Shown here one piece after another: positions 60,101-64,000 of a stretch of 64,000 nt of DNA. Both the position numbers and the translations under genes were made by a program. The DNA comes from Amoebophrya sp. A120 (lineage: Eukaryota; Protista; Dinoflagellata): positions 2,748,587-2,812,586 of the forward strand of contig CAJINV010000010.1 in assembly GCA_905178155.1 (NCBI GenBank), given 5' to 3'. Position 1 is the stretch's first letter. Each line of letters begins with the position of its first letter. A model generated the notes under the pieces. That model had not been told where the DNA came from, ran no database searches, and was given only the letters and a program-made list of their open reading frames with translations.

Positions 60101-60989
60101 GACGATGAAGAAGAAGCTGAAGTTGATACTGGTTGTAGGGCTGTATCTTTACCAGAGGGTTCCCACCGGCTGTCGCTTGATGATGACACGTCCCGGGCCC
60201 CCTCCGCGTCAGCTTGAAGATGTTGACTTCTTCCTGTCGTAGAATTCTTTTTCTCACCCTTGTTTTCAACATCTCCCGCCGGTTTTTGATCTCCTTGGTC
60301 AACAAACTTCCACCCCAAAACGGCCCGCTTCAATGCCTCCACGCTGTCGAATTGCTGCCACTTATGAGAATGCACAACGTCCTCCCCTTCCCCTTGTTTG
60401 TCATGCAAAAATGCCAAGTTCCGTTTGCTGCCTTGTGGCACCGTTTGCATGACAAATTTCGCAAGCCCAAAGAATACTCCACTCGGTGCGTAAACTTGTC
60501 ATGCACAGGATCGATGTTTGCTGGTGTTTCTATTGCTGTCTATGGCATACTGAACATAAGGAGGAGGGGGAGTTGTGCATTCTCATACCACTGCTCGTAG
60601 GAAAATTCCGCGAGCTTGTTGTCCCCAATCGTCTTGACTATCAAAGACGGGCTGAACAAACGGGTCGTGCCGTCCGGGTGCGTCAGCTTGTAGGGTGCCG
60701 CTTCTTTCACCTTCGGTAACCAAAAATCGTCCCGCCGGCGATGGTCCTCGTGTTGCTCGATTTTTGCCACGTCGTCGTCCGAGTGGAAATCTTCAACATC
60801 TCCAGGACGCATCTGTCCATGCTCCCCATGTTGTAGGTCTCTGGCGACAGGATCGCGAAGCAGGACGTTCGGGCGAGCACCGCTGACGAGGAAATGTTGT
60901 GGGCTTGAAATAAACGGAGTAGAAAGTAGTAGAGAGAAAATGAACCGCGCAGGAGCTGCTGTTCCTATCGAGGAAGCGACAAAAGACAT
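57126..60989 (-). CDS. Hypothetical secreted/organellar protein with 5 introners (3' end uncertain)
   Basis: MSFVASSIGTAAPARFIFSLLLS signal-like start; in-frame joins YEQWQQFD and RSRNGRARSNPRYVRFWVED after introner removal. Confidence 0.62.
57278..57541. mobile_element. Introner family A
   Basis: Family A TIRs; direct repeat CAGGC. Confidence 0.9.
57599..57748. mobile_element. Introner family B
   Basis: Family B TIRs; direct repeat TCGAA/TCGAG. Confidence 0.9.
58027..58175. mobile_element. Introner family B
   Basis: Family B TIRs; direct repeat AAGCG. Confidence 0.9.
58213..58464. mobile_element. Introner family A
   Basis: Family A TIRs; direct repeat GCCGT. Confidence 0.9.
60363..60587. 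mobile_element. Introner family C
   Basis: Family C TIRs; direct repeat CCACT. Confidence 0.9.
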
Positions 60990-62100
60990 TTTGGAGAATG
61001 TCGAACTGTGTCCTTCAGTTGTACTCCTGCGTGCGAATTTTCGTCCCGGCAGGCCTGGTGAGCGCGCTGGTCTGTTCCAAGTCATTTTCACGTGTTTTGG
61101 GTTGTCACCGCTTGTTTGTGCTGGGGCACAAGAAGAATCAAGTAACAAGGTTTGTATTGCAACGCAAAATGAAAATCCAAAAAGAGGGTCAAGTAGACGC
61201 TTTTTACTGAGCCGGAGCGAGCTACAACTTGCTAAACACTTTGTGTGAGTAGGTACTTGCAGCAACTTGTATACCGCTGAGTGGAGTTTTTTCATCATTT
61301 CAGTCTACAAGAATCACTTTCCATGGGGCTACGGGATCAGGATTGCAAGCACGATATTAGCCCTGCTCAGGGCATGTCGTCCTTGTGCTACGGAACTCCC
61401 GTGGGTTAGACCCAGATTCTGCAGAATATCTTCTGTGACAGAGGCTGATCTTGCTTTTTTTGATATAGAAGCACGCATGCCAACACCAGAAGCAGCATGA
61501 TCATCACATCACGCGACAATAGCAGAACGCTAAAAAAATAAATTTTTCAAGAGACGAGATCTTTAATGGGTCCTGACACGACCGTCGAAGTCCATGGAAT
61601 GATCTTCTTCGTTCGAAGTTAGATCTCGCTGCGTCGGCCACCACGAAGGCTCGAAAAAAAGTGCCCGAAGCAACACAACGGCGTTGCAGTTTAGCAGTCA
61701 TATTTCTACAGTATGTACTGCTCAAGTGGAAGTGGATCTTTACTCAGATACAAAGATATAATGCTGCCGGTGCTTGCTTCTCGCATTTTACATCATATTT
61801 CTTTGAAACGGATTTTGTTTTTGATGTGTTCGTTTTGGTTCAATGAAACTTTTGTTCGATCATTCAAAAGACAACTTGCGGTCTCCAAGAACTATTGCTA
61901 AGCTGTACCTGAAATTGGTTCTGAATCTGTGATGAATCTTTGTACGTGATACTTTTCTTCGAAAAAGTGACATTTTGCAAAATGTTTTTTTTGTGAAACA
62001 GCCTGGAATTCTGTGAAACTTCTGTTACTTCCGTGACTCAAAAATCCTTTCCTCTCCAACTCTTCCCTGCATCATCGCACAGCAAGCTTTTCCTGGTTGC

Positions 62101-64000
62101 TCACTGCGTCGCGCATTGGTCCTGCTCTCCCTGTTGAGTACTGTGGCCCACCGCGGCGCCCTGCATCTGTAATTTCTGCATCCGCTTCTGCTCCCTTCGC
62201 TCCCGCCGGGCCCTGCGCTCCTCCTTCATTTTATCAAATGAAAAAGTATCGTACTCGTAGGAATTGCATTTATGCATGACAAACCTCGTTTTCAAGGTAA
62301 ATCAGCATTTACAAAGTTAATTTGTAATGCTGGGTTAATTTGTAAATGCAATTTGTACTAGTACGATGCTTTTGCATTGCATACATTTTCGCTCGTTCCA
62401 ATTCCGTCATAGCCGGGCTGGGCATCAGTTTCTTGGAAATCGGCATGGAGGGATTAGTAGAAGAATTTCTGCCCCCATTACTGTGTGGGCCACCGCCACC
62501 TGGGTAGTTACTTGTCATCTCCGAGTTGAACAGAAACCCGACGTGCACCTCTGACGGAACGGAAGTCGCTAGGCTGGTGACGGATTCAGGGGGAGCGCGA
62601 GAGTTACTTAAGGGGTCATGATTGTTGTTCGTGTGGGGCTGGACTCCTGATCTGCTAGCACTAGTACCGGAACGTCCACCTCGCGGGTGCCCACTTTCAT
62701 CTGGAGGTGCAACTCCTGCTCCACGGCCTCCAGCTCCGTACTTGTCCTGCGCAAGAACGCGCGCATTGTAATCATGGACGCTGGGTGTCGGCTTCGGCAT
62801 CATCTGCTCAAATTCCTCTCTCCGGCTGGCAAGATCGATGTTGAATTTTCTCGCTTCTTGGTCTGCTATGCGTTATGCACTGCAAAAGCATCGCACTCGT
62901 CGTATTGCAATACAAATTAGCTCAGCATGACAAATGGAATTAATGGAATTTGTCATGCTGATTTAGCTTGAAAAAGAAATTTGTAATGCATAACTGTAAT
63001 TAGTACGACTACGATACTTTTGCAGTGCATATGCGTTTTAAAGCGGCGATTTCGTCTTCTCGATGGCGGAGTTTCTTTTTCAAAAGAACCATCTCTTCTG
63101 CGTCCAGCTGATAAAGGTTTTATTCATTCTGTGATCATTTTAGGGTGAGGATTTTCTCCATGTAAGTACGTACGAGAATCGCTTAAATAAAATGCGAGAT
63201 TATACGATTAAGAGGCGTATTCGTATTGAAAACCATGAGTGGTCGTAAAGTAACTACAAGTCATTTATTATAGGAGGTCCTCCAACTAGTGTACCTTCGC
63301 CACCTCGAGATTTTCCCTTGCGTGATCCAATTCCTTCCTACAAGCCCCTAATTCCTTCTCTACCGTCGCAACCTCGTCTTTCAAACTGGAAATTTCTCTT
63401 GCAGAAGCCGCTTCACTTTCGCTTTCCTTCACCTTCATCTCTTCCTTTTGTGCGATTGTTCTTTCCCGCTCCGCGCTTTCGTATTGCTCCTCCAATTGTT
63501 CGATTTTTTCCTGCAATCGCTTGACGACACTGGTGTGGGTTTTTTCTTCGTCATTTTTGTCATCCAGGTTGGACTCCAGTTCGGTGATCTTGGCTTTTAG
63601 TTTTGAAACCTGCTGTTGATACTGGGAATCTTTCGTATTGGTTATCTGCTCCAACTCGTCTCTTGTTTTCCTCAGCTTGCTCAGTTCGTCCCGAAGATCC
63701 TCAGCCTCGCGGATTGCGGAAGTGGAGCCTGGGGTTTGTGATGCAGGAGCGTCATGGCATTGGCATTCTCGTTTTTCATGGCAGATGATGTTCTGCTTCA
63801 TGGCACATTGTACGTAGAAAGATAGAAGTAGAATCTTCAATGCGCTGCGATATATTATAATTACCAGAAAACAATTCCACGACAAAGAAGAAAGAAGCGG
63901 TATACGTGCCACAGCGTCTTCCAGCTGTTTGACCAAGGATTGGATTTGGTTTTCTTTCGTCGACACTAATTTCTCCACTTCTTCACGCTTCGATTTTTCC
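62101..64000 (-). CDS. Coiled-coil protein, 5'-truncated by the window; 2 introners plus GT-AG introns (e.g. 63905-63729)
   Basis: Heptad-rich ORF 63286-63978; joins LKRIADQE and RAKMKEE after introner removal; TGA at 62101-62103. Confidence 0.68.
62232..62383. mobile_element. Introner family B
   Basis: Family B TIRs; direct repeat CATTT. Confidence 0.9.
62874..63031. mobile_element. Introner family B
   Basis: Family B TIRs; direct repeat TGCGT. Confidence 0.9.

Overview
Eukaryotic (alveolate) genomic DNA. Gene content and intron architecture best fit the syndinian dinoflagellate parasite Amoebophrya, but this is inferred and was not checked by search. Genes form two unidirectional blocks. 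The + strand block (1-17.1 kb) holds an LRR protein, cathepsin C/DPAP, a RING-TM protein and RPL32. The - strand block (26.8-64 kb) holds two tandem PD-(D/E)XK-like paralogues, an F-box-like protein, CASC1/DNAI7, a small paralogous family, a U-box protein and several unknowns. The blocks converge on a ~9.7 kb gene-free region of foldback elements, satellites and an N-gap. The dominant signal is 32 non-canonical introner elements in four families (about 150, 230, 260 and 285 bp). Each has TAT...ATA-type terminal inverted repeats and a 5-bp flanking direct repeat, and removing one plus one repeat copy restores the reading frame. Most interesting observations: (1) a ~295-nt tRNA-shaped RNA, inside a GT-AG intron, whose anticodon loop is replaced by a 230-nt structured domain; (2) orientation-independent intron removal, with informative asymmetries in the direct repeats; (3) a GCATNACAA 9-mer shared by all introner families and by canonical introns; (4) a C/D snoRNA in the RPL32 intron. 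All coordinates were read by eye, and exon joins are predictions without transcript data.
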